64,000 nucleotides of DNA, from assembly GCA_036630325.1 (NCBI GenBank), contig CP142730.1:1178001-1242000 (forward strand), read 5' to 3'. Below are positions 35,031-48,400 of the stretch, one piece after another. The notes under the pieces are model-generated. The model had not been told where the DNA came from and ran no database searches. It saw nothing but the letters and a program-made list of their open reading frames with translations. Source of the stretch: Vairimorpha necatrix (taxonomy: Eukaryota). Both the position numbers and the translations under genes were made by a program. Numbering within the stretch: position 1 is the first letter of the stretch; each line of letters begins with the position of its first letter.

Positions 35031-35989
35031 GGCAGTCTGGTGGCCAAAAATCTCTTAAAAGGAATTTTTAAAAAAATCACCCCAAAAATGAAAAGTCAAG
35101 AGGAAAAACTTTTTGAAGCATTTTTTTAATATATTGAAAAAACAAGCAAATCATGTAAAAAATGTGGTTATATAAGTAAAAAATACAATGAAAATTTTTT
35201 TTCGATATACTTGGTCTAAATGTAGAAGTAAATGGTCTTTATTAAAAAACACTCCATTCTACAATAACAAGCTTGGAATTAATACTATGTTATTGATTAT
35301 TAAATTATGGTCTGTTAATGTAAAGTATAAAGCCATTGCGGAATTTCTTGGAATTAGCATTAAAAGTGTAAATAAATTATTTCTTTAACAGTAAATTCCA
35401 TCGAAAATTCTGCTTACGTTGAAACAGGTATAATAGGAGGACCTGGGATTGTTGTGGAAATAGATGAAAGTAAGTTTGGTAAAGTAAACTACCATTGAGG
35501 CCATAGGGTAGAAGGGGTTTGGATTTTCGGAATGGTAGAAAGAACACCTCAAAGGAAAATTGTGTTTGTTCCTGTTTATAATAGAAGAGCAACTACACTA
35601 GAAGAACTCTTAAAAAAAATATGTTCATCCAGAATCTATCATACATAGTGATTGCTTCTCTACATATTCTAGGTTGTCTTCAATTTTTCAACAACATAAG
35701 ACGGTTAATCATTCAAAAGAATTTGTTAATAAAAATAATTCATGCCATACTAATACTATCGAAGGTAATGTGCCGCTGTCAAAAGTGAAACTTCCAAAAG
35801 GCATAGAACAAAAAAATTAATAAAGAGTTCTTGTTAAGATTTATGCTTAGAAGAAATTTTGAAGGGGATTTGTGCGATAAAATTATTAAAATGATTTTAA
35901 AGTTTTTATTTTTTTCCTCTTGACTTTTCATTTTTGGGGGTGATTTTTTTAAAAATTCCTTTTAAGGGATTTTTGGCTACCAGACTGCC
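35031..35989 (+). mobile_element. Merlin DNA transposon 2, defective
   Basis: ~77-bp TIRs beginning GGCAGTCTGG. Broken transposase from ATG 35088 (CKKCG, IGGPGIVVEIDESKFGK, WIFGMVER, HSDC, VNHS, HTNTIEGN). No clear TSD. Confidence 0.92.
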
Positions 35990-37959
35990 CTTTAACCATT
36001 TGTTACAAGTGTAAAACGTGTCAAATTCTTAATAAACTCTGAATGTCTTCTCAAAAAAGAAATTCTATTAACAAATGACCAAATTTACTATCCAATAGAT
36101 ATGTAATTGGCTCTTAAAAGATTAATTTGGTTTACAATCGTATATTGAAAATGTCTCATAATTTATATACACTTTCAAAGTTTGGAATGCAGAGCTGATA
36201 CATTTTAGTAGGACAATACTCAATTATTTTTTTATATGGGTTTATTAAGTAACAAATAAAAAAAAAATTATAAATTTTTTTACAATATAAATGCAACAAT
36301 AACAACTTCACACGCAAATATGAATGTTTATGATTTAATTCGTTCTATTCAATAATTTTTTTGCTCCTAATAATAGAGATCTCGTTAATATTTTCAAAAC
36401 TTTATGCTTAAATGAAAAAATCGGCTTATCTAGTTTTTAAACTCTACATAATGTTCTAAGTAAAAACAACTTTAAATTCTGGTAATCAAATATATTTAAG
36501 AAGCATTTAGGATGATTAATATTTATTTTAGAAATTATTCCGATCCATTTTATTTTTTAGCAAAAAATCATTTTTCAATCTTCATGCCTACTTGCTCTTA
36601 TTTACACTTTGCATTTCCTATATTGTTTAATTTTTAATTTTATACATCGGGTTTAAGCACAAACTATTATAAGAAAAAAAATTTATAATCCGTCAAGTTT
36701 GCTACTATTATTGCTAGTCTATCCTTCAAACTGTAGCTTCTTCTCTTTTTTGTGCCGATTTGCTTTATGCTCTCTAAACTTAAGCGCCAGGAATTTTTTT
36801 CGGCTTCTAAATATATTTTAGGATCTAAGCGTCTTTTAAGTGTGATATCCCTTTTAACATTCTCATCCAATTTATAAATATTTTATATTTTTAGATTTGT
36901 TTTATCTATAGCTCAGCTGCAATGAAAGATCTTATAATGGTTTGTGAATGTAAATATTCGTTTATACTTTTTCAAATCAATATATGTCATAATTACAATA
37001 AAAGTTATTTAATCTTCTTCGCCATCTTTTGTAATAATTTTTTTTCTACGGTACTTCATAAAATCATTTTCTGTTTTTTTAAACGAAATATAATTTTTAT
37101 TTTTTTTTGCAGCCTTAGTCACAGTTAGATTGTCCGAAAGAAGATCAACTAGATTAAGATAACGTCTACCGTTTTTTCAGATCAATGTCTTGCATAATAC
37201 AAGGAAAATCTCCAGACAATTTTCCTAAGACTATTTATTGTGCTTAAAAACAAAATAAATATTATTATTTGTATTTTATTAAATAACTTATACACATATA
37301 TATAAGGTTGAAATTTGAGTTAAGGGCCCATTACATAAATAATTACAAGGCCAGGTCGTTTTTGCATCATTTTAAACTTTCGAGGTATATTTAAAATCTT
37401 TACGCTGTAATAATTAGAAAAAATAAGTATCTTAGATAGATCGAAATCGGAAATGTGTAATTACTGTATGTTGCCTACAAATATTTGTCAAATGGCGTAT
37501 AACAATCAGGATACACCAACTTATGACGCTTGGGAAAAATACTATGATATTGTGTTTGAAGTATATTTTGATATAAGTCCAAAAACGTCATTTTTACTGT
37601 TGACCTTGTGATATATTCAGATTTACTCTAAAAAGTCGCAGTGGTTTAAAATTTTCTTTTAAACGTGACTAATATTGATACAAAATATGAAGTATTTAAG
37701 CATTGGCTTTCAGATCATGTATTAAAACAAAAGTTTTTAAGGATATAAAGATTAATTATATTTGACTATAGTTGTTTTGAACCAAAGCAACAAACACAAA
37801 ATTTGACTTTTCTTTACAAATGTAACTTTTACATCTAATGCTTAGACAATATACCTAATATTTAAATGGTGCGATGAAATAATTTTAATATGCAAAATTT
37901 GTATTTTAAAAAAATATGTTTAAGTTATAGACTAATTACTATTTATATAATTTAAATTT

Positions 37960-38805
37960 TTAAGAATTATAAATAAATTTATATTTCAAAAAAATACCTA
38001 ACAACGTAAAAACAAATAAAACAAAAACCCCCAATGAAAATATCATAGTGTTATTGTGGAAGTAATTAGAATTATTGGTGCAAGAAACAGGTAATGTTTG
38101 AGTTTCTTGATTGTTTTTGCTTTCGCTAATATCATCTTTTGAACATTTCCTACACGTATCATTTACATTACATTTTTCTAATAATGATTGATCATTTTGA
38201 GAATTTTTTATTTCATTTTCAATTTTTTTATCTTCCATATAATAATCAACAATATTTAAAAGTTTTAAATCAAATTTTAGTAACTCCCTCAGTGTTTCTG
38301 GTAAATCTAAACTTATATGTTCGCTAAGCATTAGCTGACTAGAACATGGAATAGTATTAAAGTAGAACGATTGAGAATGGGCCCAGGTTATCCCTTTGGT
38401 TTTAGGATCAGATAAAATAAAATCGAAATGTAATTTTTTACCTTTGGGTAATTTTAACTTGCATTCAAAATATTTTTCACTTTTGCAAAAATTTTTGCAT
38501 AGTCTACTATCAGGAATCTTCAATCCAATTTCTCTAATTTTATCATATTCGTTGTTTGATACTGGAAAGAAAAGCTGTCCGTTGTCAAGAACTGTTCGAG
38601 CAATATTATTAGTGCTTTGGGGACTATTTGTTGCTTTTTCCTTCAAACGTAATGTGTCAGATAAAACTATTTTCATGGTATTCTCTTTATCAGCTTTATT
38701 AGTAGCACCAATATAGATCACACATTTACCGTCTGCTTGATTTTTTATATGTAAAACATACTGACAATATCCAAAAAGTAAATAAAAACATGTTTTCTCG
38801 AACAT
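37960..38805 (-). CDS. Membrane-protein family paralog P2, intact, 281 aa
   Basis: CCCCAT-ATG. Hydrophobic N-terminus, family domain (C-x-x-Y-I-G..KYFEC..TWAHS), C-terminal TM IFSLGVFVLFVFTLLGIFL then KYK. Confidence 0.9.
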   Translation of the reverse strand: MFEKTCFYLLFGYCQYVLHIKNQADGKCVIYIGATNKADKENTMKIVLSDTLRLKEKATNSPQSTNNIARTVLDNGQLFFPVSNNEYDKIREIGLKIPDSRLCKNFCKSEKYFECKLKLPKGKKLHFDFILSDPKTKGITWAHSQSFYFNTIPCSSQLMLSEHISLDLPETLRELLKFDLKLLNIVDYYMEDKKIENEIKNSQNDQSLLEKCNVNDTCRKCSKDDISESKNNQETQTLPVSCTNNSNYFHNNTMIFSLGVFVLFVFTLLGIFLKYKFIYNS

Positions 38806-39332
38806 ATGGGGCGAAGTAAAATCAAATTTATAAATAACAAATTAATTTGATTGTTTGATAAATAATGCTAAACAAAATCAATGCAAACTAAGTTTTATTT
38901 TTATGCATTACCAATATATACTTTAAAAACATCTTGTTTTATGAATTGAATTCGTATAATTAAACTTAAAAATAACCTATGAGGTATTTACATGATATCT
39001 GATAAATTTAATCAATTAACTTTTAAAAAAAATTATACATATTACTAAACATTAGAAAAGGTATTTATGAACATTTTCTATAATTTCATATAATCTAACG
39101 CAAATAAAAAAAAAATCAAATCTAAAGTAGCAGTTTATCCTTAATTATCAAATAAACGATTTTAATTTTTTAATAAAAATTTAAGAGCATTTTTACTTTA
39201 GCTCCCCTTGTCTGTATAAACACAATATTTTTTAGTTTTAGCTCTGATTTTAAGGAGTCGAAGCGGAAAAAATGAGGAATAGTAAAAATCAAAAAAACAA
39301 AGTTGTAATAAAATAGCATGTTTGGGTAAAGG

Positions 39333-40149
39333 ATACTTTAAAACCCCCCTTTTGAAGCGCTTCGATTTTTTTTTCGAACCCCAAAATTGAAGTGCAAAAA
39401 AAAGAGGAGCAGGAAGTAGACAAAAATTACTAAGCACTTATGACATTAAAAATAACAAAACAATATATGCTTTTATACAAAAATTAATTTTAGATTTAGT
39501 TATAATAATTATTATAAGTATTGTGCCTTTTCCCGCCCTTCTTATTTTTTCAATTTTTTTTAATTGTTGGTTTATTATAAAAGTAGATTTTTGAAGAAAA
39601 TTTACTTTTATAATAAACCAACAATGATAAAATATAAATAACGTTTATATAAGAAAAATTAAATAAAATGTTCAACGATCTATACAGATTGTTAAATCAA
39701 AAAATTTAATTTAAATAAATTAAGTTATTTAGAATTATATAGTTTTATGGTTATATTCTTTTTTTAAATTAAATTTCGTATACAAATATATATTTATTTG
39801 GTATTTTTACAGTTTGAAGATGCAAGTAATTTGAGTACTAATGATTGCTTCTCCTTTATTTTGCACTTCGTTTTTGGGGTTCAAAATAATAAAGTGAACA
39901 CTCTCAGAGGGGAGCGGTTTTGTCCCCAATTCTAAAAAATCAGAAGGGCAAAAAATGCTTATTGGTTTATATTATTGTAAAAACTTGTATTAAAATATAA
40001 TTGTGTACATAATTATATTTTTTTTTATTGTTTTTAATATCATAAGTTCTTAGTAATTTTTGTCCCCTTCCTGCTCCTCTTTTTTTTGCACTTCAATTTT
40101 TAGGTTCGAAAAAAAAATCGAAGCGCTTCAAAGGGGGGTTCTAAAGTAC
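39333..40149. mobile_element. MITE-like element, copy 3 (diverged subfamily)
   Basis: >110-bp TIRs AACCCCCCTTT(T)GAAGCGCTTCGATTT..AAGTGCAAAAAAAGAGGAGCAGGAAG..CAAAAATTACTAAG. Internal block shared with copies 1 and 2. Confidence 0.8.
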
Positions 40150-40568
40150 CCCACCTCCAGCATGTTTACTATAAATTAATAATTTCTTCTTTTGTTTTTT
40201 GATTTTTTTTTTAATTATTCCTTCTTCCAATTATTGATCAAAACTTATCTTTATTCTGTGCAATGTATAATAAAGATAAGTCTTGATCAATCTCTTTATA
40301 AATAAAATTAATAAGGTTTTCACATCATAATAAGCGACTTTCCTTAATAAATAAACACGTATATAAATATATGATGCTTTACTTGGAAGAAAAATTTTGC
40401 ATGTCATGTAAATTGATCTATTATGTGATTCAAAAATGTACAAAAGATATCAATATTGCAACATTATTTGACAATAAATCCATCGAAATACTGAAAAGAA
40501 TCAAACTAAGATACACATGCTTAAAAAAAATTAAATTAACCTAGAATTTGCATATGATAGCAAAAATG

Positions 40569-41637
40569 GGCTAAAATTAGCATCTGTGTAAAAAAACTGG
40601 GGGGTCAAAATTTTTAAAAAATTGCCCCTTTTTTTTTAAAAAACGAAGGGAAGAGAAAACTTCAGAAAAAAAAATAAAACATAATTAAGATATAAAAATG
40701 CATGAAAATTAACTTTAAAATAAATAAAATATATCAAAAACATAATTTTAATAATGCTTTGAAGATGTCTTTGCTCTCATTTCTTTTAATCATATATAGA
40801 ACTAAATATATTTCAGCAAGTTCATAGGTCCTACACCTATTAGATATAGAGGCTTTTAAAGACCTCCAATTTTCTTCTATGGTGTTTGTATGCACACCCG
40901 TCTCTCTGTCTCTAAAAGTTTGACTGTATTTCACAGTCCTATGTTCCGCATAATGATTTTTTAACGTTGCATACGCCCTCCACATATCCGAATGAATTAC
41001 GGATTCATAATTTTCATGCTTAAACATGATTGAAAATAATGTATCCCTGTCTCTTTTCTTTATAATTACGAATACAATCTTCTTTGCTTCGGTTCGTTCC
41101 ACCATACCGAAACACCAAAACCCCTTAACTAATCTTCCTCTATGATGCTTATTTTTGCCAATTTTACTTTCATATATTTCTACAATGATATCTTGTCCGC
41201 CTATCTGCTTCAGCTTGTTCAAATACTTATCATAAATTTTTAATTTAAATAATTTATCTAGGGTGTAACTTACATTTTTACATTACATTCCAAAATCTTT
41301 GATTAAGAATTACTTTAATTTCTAATATCCACAAATTTACTATTTTTAACATCAGTAAATGTTCTAGTCTAGTGTTTTCAAAAAAAGAATTTTTCCAAAT
41401 TGAAAATCTGTGTTCGCAATTTGAAGACTTACACCTCAAGTAAGCAGTTTCATTTGATACAATAGCTGTATCCCAACCACATTTAATACATTTCTGATTG
41501 TATTTCTTATTTGTTAAAGATATATAAAAATCTTTAATTTCTTCATTGCTCATCATTCCCTTCGTTTTTTAAAAAAAGGGGCAATTTTTTAAAAATTTTG
41601 ACCCCCCAGTTTTTTTACACAGATGCTGATATTAGCC
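40569..41637 (-). mobile_element. Merlin DNA transposon 3
   Basis: ~83-bp TIRs beginning GGCTAA. Perfect 8-bp TSD CAAAAATG (40561-40568, 41638-41645). Confidence 0.96.
40734..41556 (-). pseudogene. Merlin transposase in two frames
   Basis: CIKC..CKSSNC Zn ribbon, then IGGQDIIVEIYESK (first catalytic D reads Y), HSDMWRAY, HTNTIEENW. Confidence 0.92.
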
Positions 41638-43139
41638 CAAAAATGATTAAAAACATGTTTTACAATAACAAAAATTAATTGTAATAATAAAAATTGAAAG
41701 AAAAGCTTACAAATTTCATCTGCTTTTAACCCAAATTTTGAATAATTTCATTATTTAAAAGGATTAAAATCATGTTTTTTTTGTTAATATATATCAAATA
41801 AGCTCTTAATAAGACGTTTTTTTACTATGTAGATTTTTTTTTGTCCCTTTCCGCACTTGACGCTTCTACTTTCGAAAAAAAAAACTGAAAATAAAAATTT
41901 TTATTTATTTGAGGGGGAGGTCAAAGTAAAGATTAGCTAAAAATTTCTGCTTTATATTATTCGTTAACGGTATTTATGACACAAAGTTTGTCTAATATGC
42001 CTGTTATTAAATTTTAGTTTTTTTTATAGAACCCCTTAGAACTATTACTTACATGAACCAATTGCCATACTATTTATTTAGAAATGAAAAAAGCCTTAAG
42101 TTTGTGCAAGTTGCTTCTTTTCGCCATATTTAATAGTTTACAAATTGTAGAAACGATGCATGTATTCCCGTCAGAATACTTGGCTGTAGGAGAATATTTT
42201 ATCACCTGAAATTTTAGACTTTAAATCATAATGAAAAGCGTAAATGGAAATATTATACCTATGTTTAAGCTTGAGTAGCGCGTGAACATTAGACTGTTAA
42301 ATTTTAATTTTTCTTATAAACTGCTCCAAAGACCACTGTTTTATTTAAATACTAAAATACATATAATAGAAGTATACAATAAACTTTTTACATAAAAAAC
42401 TAAATATGCAAAATATATTAAGATTTTTAGCTTTAAAAAAAATAGTATGCATATTGATGCTTCACAAAAACAAACAACTATTTAAATATCTTGTTTTATT
42501 GAAACTAACAAATAAGACCATTTTAAGCCCGTCTTGGTCTCAATCTTTAATTTTTTTTTATGAAATAAGTCGAATGATGATAGATAAACATTATACGTAC
42601 TGATAATCACAAGTATATTTGCAGTTTAAATCGATGTTAGAACATAATAAACAAAAGACAGATAAAATAATAAGATGTTTTCCGTTTGCAAATTAATACC
42701 AAAGTTAAATTTGTATTCCCAACATTTTACATGCTTAAAATACAACACAAGAACATTCGATCGTGTGTTGATAAAAAAAGTATTAAAGAATAAGATTTAT
42801 TCATATTGCGCTTTATGTATATTGAATATAACTATTTGGCATGGCATATTTTAAGAACATGATTAGAATCTCATGCTCAACAAATTCATCTATTAAAATT
42901 CTAAAATAATACGATAAAAACTAATAAATTATTCAATCCTGTTCTTATGTATGATCTTGAATGTATTTCTAGCGTCCAAATCTATGTGTATCGAAGTAAT
43001 CCTATTTACTGATTTTGCAAGTAGTAAATTTTATCGGTAAGTACAAGTATTAATCTAAAATATGATCAAATGCTCATTCGTTCCAATTTTATTATATAAA
43101 AATTTTTAGAATTTGTTAAAAAATCTTTTATATGCATCA

Positions 43140-44070
43140 ACAATTAAATTTAATAACCTCGCCGAGACAACAACAGATAGAACGATGATACCATAGAGAT
43201 AATATTTAGGAGAACTTTGAATATGTTTCTTAGGATTACTATCATCAATTTCTGAATAAAAAATGTAGGTAATTCAAAGTTGTTTTTATTTTTTCTATCA
43301 ACATGTCCACCCACATCGCTTTTAGTTTGGTTTGACTAATTCCGACCAAGCTTGAGTATTTTATATTATTTTTTTTCCAAAATTTTTATTGATAAAACTA
43401 TAAATAGATATGACTGATTTGTTAACTTATATTTATGTAAACTCAATAATATACACGTCATCCAAACTATCAATGACATAAGACTTTGGAAGTTCTTTTT
43501 ATTCTTTACTTCTTTTGAAATGTTATTACTAACCGATAAACATTTGTTGTATAAATATGCAAAAATTGTGTCTAAATTCAATATAAGGATTTTTAGAAGA
43601 CATTTTCTTTTGCAACGCACTTTACGAGAATTAGTATTTTCGTTTAAAATTTTTTCTTGTTGTATGCCATCGAGACAGTAGTATTTCTCTTTTTAAACAG
43701 GATATACTCAAATACACAGCTTTTGTAATCTTCTGCAAATAAATACTACATTTATAGTATTTCACACTGTGTATAAAAATATCACAGATTATGATGTTCC
43801 AAACTTAGTTCTCGTATTTTTCTAAATTTTTTTATAAAGCGGTTAGAATAATCTCAAATTTTGCAACTAATATTATAATTTCTTCAAGATAATGTCTGTT
43901 CAATTTTTTAACTTAGCAAATCTAGAAATAGCAAGAAAATATCTTATTTCATCAAATTAAACATCTTCTAATAAAAACCCAAGGTATAAATCAACGATCA
44001 GATTCTCTGTGAATTACAAATAAACATAATTCACAGATAGTAAAAAAGTAAACACAAAAATAACCTACAA
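43140..44070 (-). pseudogene. Membrane-protein family paralog P6 (heavily decayed, absent from ORF track)
   Basis: Minus-strand fragments YFCVYFFTICELCLFVIHRESDR, DLYLG, HSVKYYKCSI, EDYKSCVFEYILFKKRNTTVSMAY, and TM-like YYLYGIIVLSVVVSA. Confidence 0.75.
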
Positions 44071-45463
44071 AACTCTGAAGATCTAACAAAATTCGAATTT
44101 AAAACTAAATTAAATTGTCAATAACTCGTCAGATTATCATGAATATGTCTTAAAATTTAGTATCTAATTATATCTACAAATTTTTCTTTTTTTGGTTGAG
44201 TAATATCTAGTTTTTTTATATTTAATATGGCAATCAAAAAACGTAAAATAGTTGTAGACATCAATTTTATATAATTACACATGTATAGATTAAAATATAA
44301 TTCAAAACATAATCATGCGTTTTGCGGATTTATATTATCAGAGCGTATGATATACAAAAATCACCTTTATGTATATTATTGAACAAATTTTTCAATTACT
44401 CAAACTCAAGATTATTTAGGTACTTATACAGTCAATTTATTCCATAGATCTTCACATGTGGCATTATAGATTTTATAGACAATATAACCAAATTTAATTA
44501 TTTGAGCATTGTCGAATACGATATATATAAAGATTCGAAACTAGACAATAGATTTAGGTTTAAAAAAAAAACTATATAGTTTAGGTTAGTAAAACCTTTG
44601 AGAAAATTAAGTAGAGGTCTATATATTCCGTATAATGTACAGTCATTATGCAAAAAAACAGTTATAAACACGTCTCTTGACTAATTTTGCCAATTTAGGG
44701 GACATTTTTGTTGGGGCAGTTATTAGATTATTATAAGAATATGGTTTGCACATATTGTAATGTACTTTTTTTGAGACAAAAAGAGAATTATGATACTAAC
44801 AATATTAGAGGGTTTATTGTAAAAATAAACGAGTATTTATATAATTAATGCGTTTTATTGCCATTTTTAAACTCGGTTGATATAAGATTATAAGCAATGT
44901 GAAGCTGTAAGAATGCGTTAAAAAAAATTAGTAGTTGGTAATTTGATTTAATATAGTTGTCTCTTAAATTTTATATAAAACATTGAACCGATTTACATAT
45001 TCTATATATGTTCTCACACAAAAAATGAAAAAACTAAATTTTTACTTAAACCAATGAACACTAGATACTAAAGAAATTTTTAGACTACCAGTAAAAATGA
45101 TCAATAATATTTGAGATTACGCGAAAAACCTGAGTTTGATAAGAACATAGTATCATATGTAATTGTACATCTAGGGAGGTTAATACACTTTGTAAGATAA
45201 AGCATCATTTTTATTTCGTGTAAAAATGTCACATAATTTTCACAGAGACTGATAATTAATTATGATTTTAAAATAAGGCTTATTTTTGGTTTTTTTCTGA
45301 CTTCTAATATATTCGAAAATTAGCTTTTTATTAACTTCTTAAATTTATCTAAGGCTATTATTCGTATAATATCGTTAATTCTAGTTAGGCATTTAAATAA
45401 TGTTTTAAAAGATATATATACACGTTCGAGACTTCCTTATAATATTTTTATAAAATTATAAAC

Positions 45464-48400
45464 TGTGTTTATTTTCCATAATGAGGGGTAAAAATAATAA
45501 GGATATATAACATCCCCCCTCCAAGACGGTAGTCTCATACTAGAACTCATTAATCCCAAGCAGACCTTTTAAATCATAATGCCGCTTTTTCACGATCCTA
45601 CCATTTTCCAAACTAACTAAGTACGAGTCACCTCCGCAAACTTCCTTGATAACACCATATCCTAAAAACCTTCCTTTCTCATACTTACTACAACCCGATA
45701 AGTTCTCTTTCTTCGCTACCCTAACTCTCTGACCTTTATAGAATTTCTCTCTTTTGCGAGCCACAAACCTCCTACTATAAAATCCTTCAGGTCCATTCTC
45801 GATCATAACATGGCCCGTTTTGTCTCTTGAGGCCTCAAACGGTGTACATCTCAACCCTTCATGATAGCTGTTATTATAACGCCATATACATCTATTAACC
45901 TTGGCTTCAAAATCCACAGCATCATCTTTCAATATTCCTTCTCTTATGGTTCCTATTACCCTTTCCACTCTTCCATTACTTCTATGACTTTCTACGCTTA
46001 CTTTCCTATGTAATACATTTTCCTCTGAACACCAATTCCTCATATATTCATTACTAAATTCTTTACCGTTGTCAGTAATTATTTCTACCGGTTTCATTCC
46101 TGATCCACACAACTGTTTTAAAAATCCTACAACCGAGCTTCCGCGTTTGTCCTCTATTACTTTTCCCCAAACGATCCTAGTATAATAATCAATCACGACC
46201 AACACATATTTCCCTAAATCTCTAAACTCAATCAAATCCAAAGCAACCTTTTCAAAATAAAATCTTGAACTAACAAAATCACAACCACCACTCTTTTTCC
46301 TATTATATATTTGGCAAACTTCACACTTCTTTAAAACATCCTCGATATCCTTCTTCATACCCGGCCAATAAAATTCAAACTTCATTGCATAGTACACTGA
46401 TCCTAAACTTCTATGTCCCAAATTTTCATGAGCATTGACAATTAAACCTTCACGCAATTCTTTCTTTGGAATCTCCGCTTCTCTACCAGAGTCAAATACC
46501 CAAATTTCCTTCCCATCAACAACTTTAACATGCTTGTCCCACTTACCCTGTGCCTGTTTAATACTTCTCTCCTTATTCATTAGCGTTTTCTCATTTTCAT
46601 GTACCCTACTCAGTGCATCTGCTACAACCATGGTACTAGGCTCTCTATATTCAATGCTAAAGTCGAACTCTTGAATCTTTTCAATCCACCTGTTAATTCT
46701 ATTATTGTTAAATGCTGGTTTATTTCTAATCTCGATCAATGCCTTATGATCAGTTTCTACCCTAAATCTTCTTCCGCGTAGTTCATATTCAAACTTTTTA
46801 ATTCCCCAAAAGACTGCATACATCTCCTTCTCACTGATTCCATATCTCGTTTCCGTAGGCGTAAACTTTTTTGATGCCCACTGTACTGGTACCCAATTAC
46901 CTTGATCATCTTCCTGCATTAAAACAGCACCCATTCCAACATTACTCGCATCCGTGCGTAACAAAAATTCCTTATTATAATTAACAATTGCTAAACCTTT
47001 TAAATCCCTAATCACTTCCCTTAAACTAATATATTCTTTTTCCATTTCTTCTGTCCATTTCCAATTACTTCCTCGTCCTTTAAGAGAATCCGTCAACGCC
47101 AATGTACGTTTTGCATAATTATCAATATGATTTCTAAACCATCCAGCCAGCCCAAGAAACTTCCTAACATCTGATACACACTCCGGTTTGGGAAATTCTA
47201 ACGCTTCATTTTGCTTTATTTCAGATGGCAGTATCTCCTTGCCATTAACTGTTACTCCTAACAACATCACCTCTCGTTTACATAATTGAACCTTAGCCAA
47301 ATTAATTTTCATACTATTCTCCTCTAATATATCCACAGCCTCTTTCAACAATTTGTCGTGACCCTCTCTTGTCTTACTATGAATCACAATATCGTCCATA
47401 TAAATTTCGATTCCCTTACCAATAAATTTTTCAAAAATCCCATTCATTATTCTTTGTAATATCTGCGGTGAGTTTTTAAACCCCATGACCATCGAATTCC
47501 ACTCGTATACCTTTTTATTAAACTCAAAAGCCGTCTTAAACCTATCCTTCTCTTCAATCTCAATACTATAAAACCCCTCCTTTAGATCTATCACGGTAAA
47601 AAATTCAGATCCCTGTGTACTTCTAATAACATCTCTTATCCTAGTTAACTCATAAGGATCCTTCTCTACAATGTCATTAAGAGCAATTAAATTACTTACT
47701 AATCTTATATCACCATTCGGTTTCTCAATCGCTCTAATGGGATTTCTCCAGTCAGATGTCGACCTTCTAATTATCTTTCTTCTTTCCAAACTATTAATAT
47801 AATCTTCCGTCTTCTTCAACAAAGCCTGAGCTATAGCCTGCCCTTTTTTAACAACTTTCTTGCCTTCTTGAGTCTTGATAATACATTTTTCAACCTTACA
47901 AAAACTAATATCTTCATCCTCTCTTCCTCCTACCCGTGAAATAATCTCCTCTAAATACGCGATGCCTCTTACATCCCTTCTCAACAGAACTCTCTTATTA
48001 TTGTCCCTTTTGCTATAATCTTGTATATCCCCTAAATTTTTCTTCTTACGTTTCCCACCATCAACATTATAATAATCACATTTGTCCGAATTGGAATCGT
48101 CATCACATTTACCCTCTAAGTCTAATTGCACTTTACATTTACCAACATAATTAAAACTACTTTTATTTCTTCTGTCTTCAGAATCTCGCCTCATTCCACT
48201 AAAAAATCTAACACTATGGCCTAACTTCCCACAATTGTAGCAACGCATATTCTTTTTATTTTCCTCACGAGACAACTTATTCTTCTCCTCAAATTTTGCC
48301 CATAACGCTAGGGACAACTCTTCAAATTCTTTTTTTCTCACTTGTTCCTTTTCCTCCTGAATAGCTAGCAACTCTAATTTTTCCTCAATTTCCTTCCAAC

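Noticed and set aside
36667-37200. Coding-like minus-strand fragments (also 3400-6300, 15600-16500, 57500-58500)
   Set aside because: Probably decayed genes or transposons, but no motif was clear enough to call.
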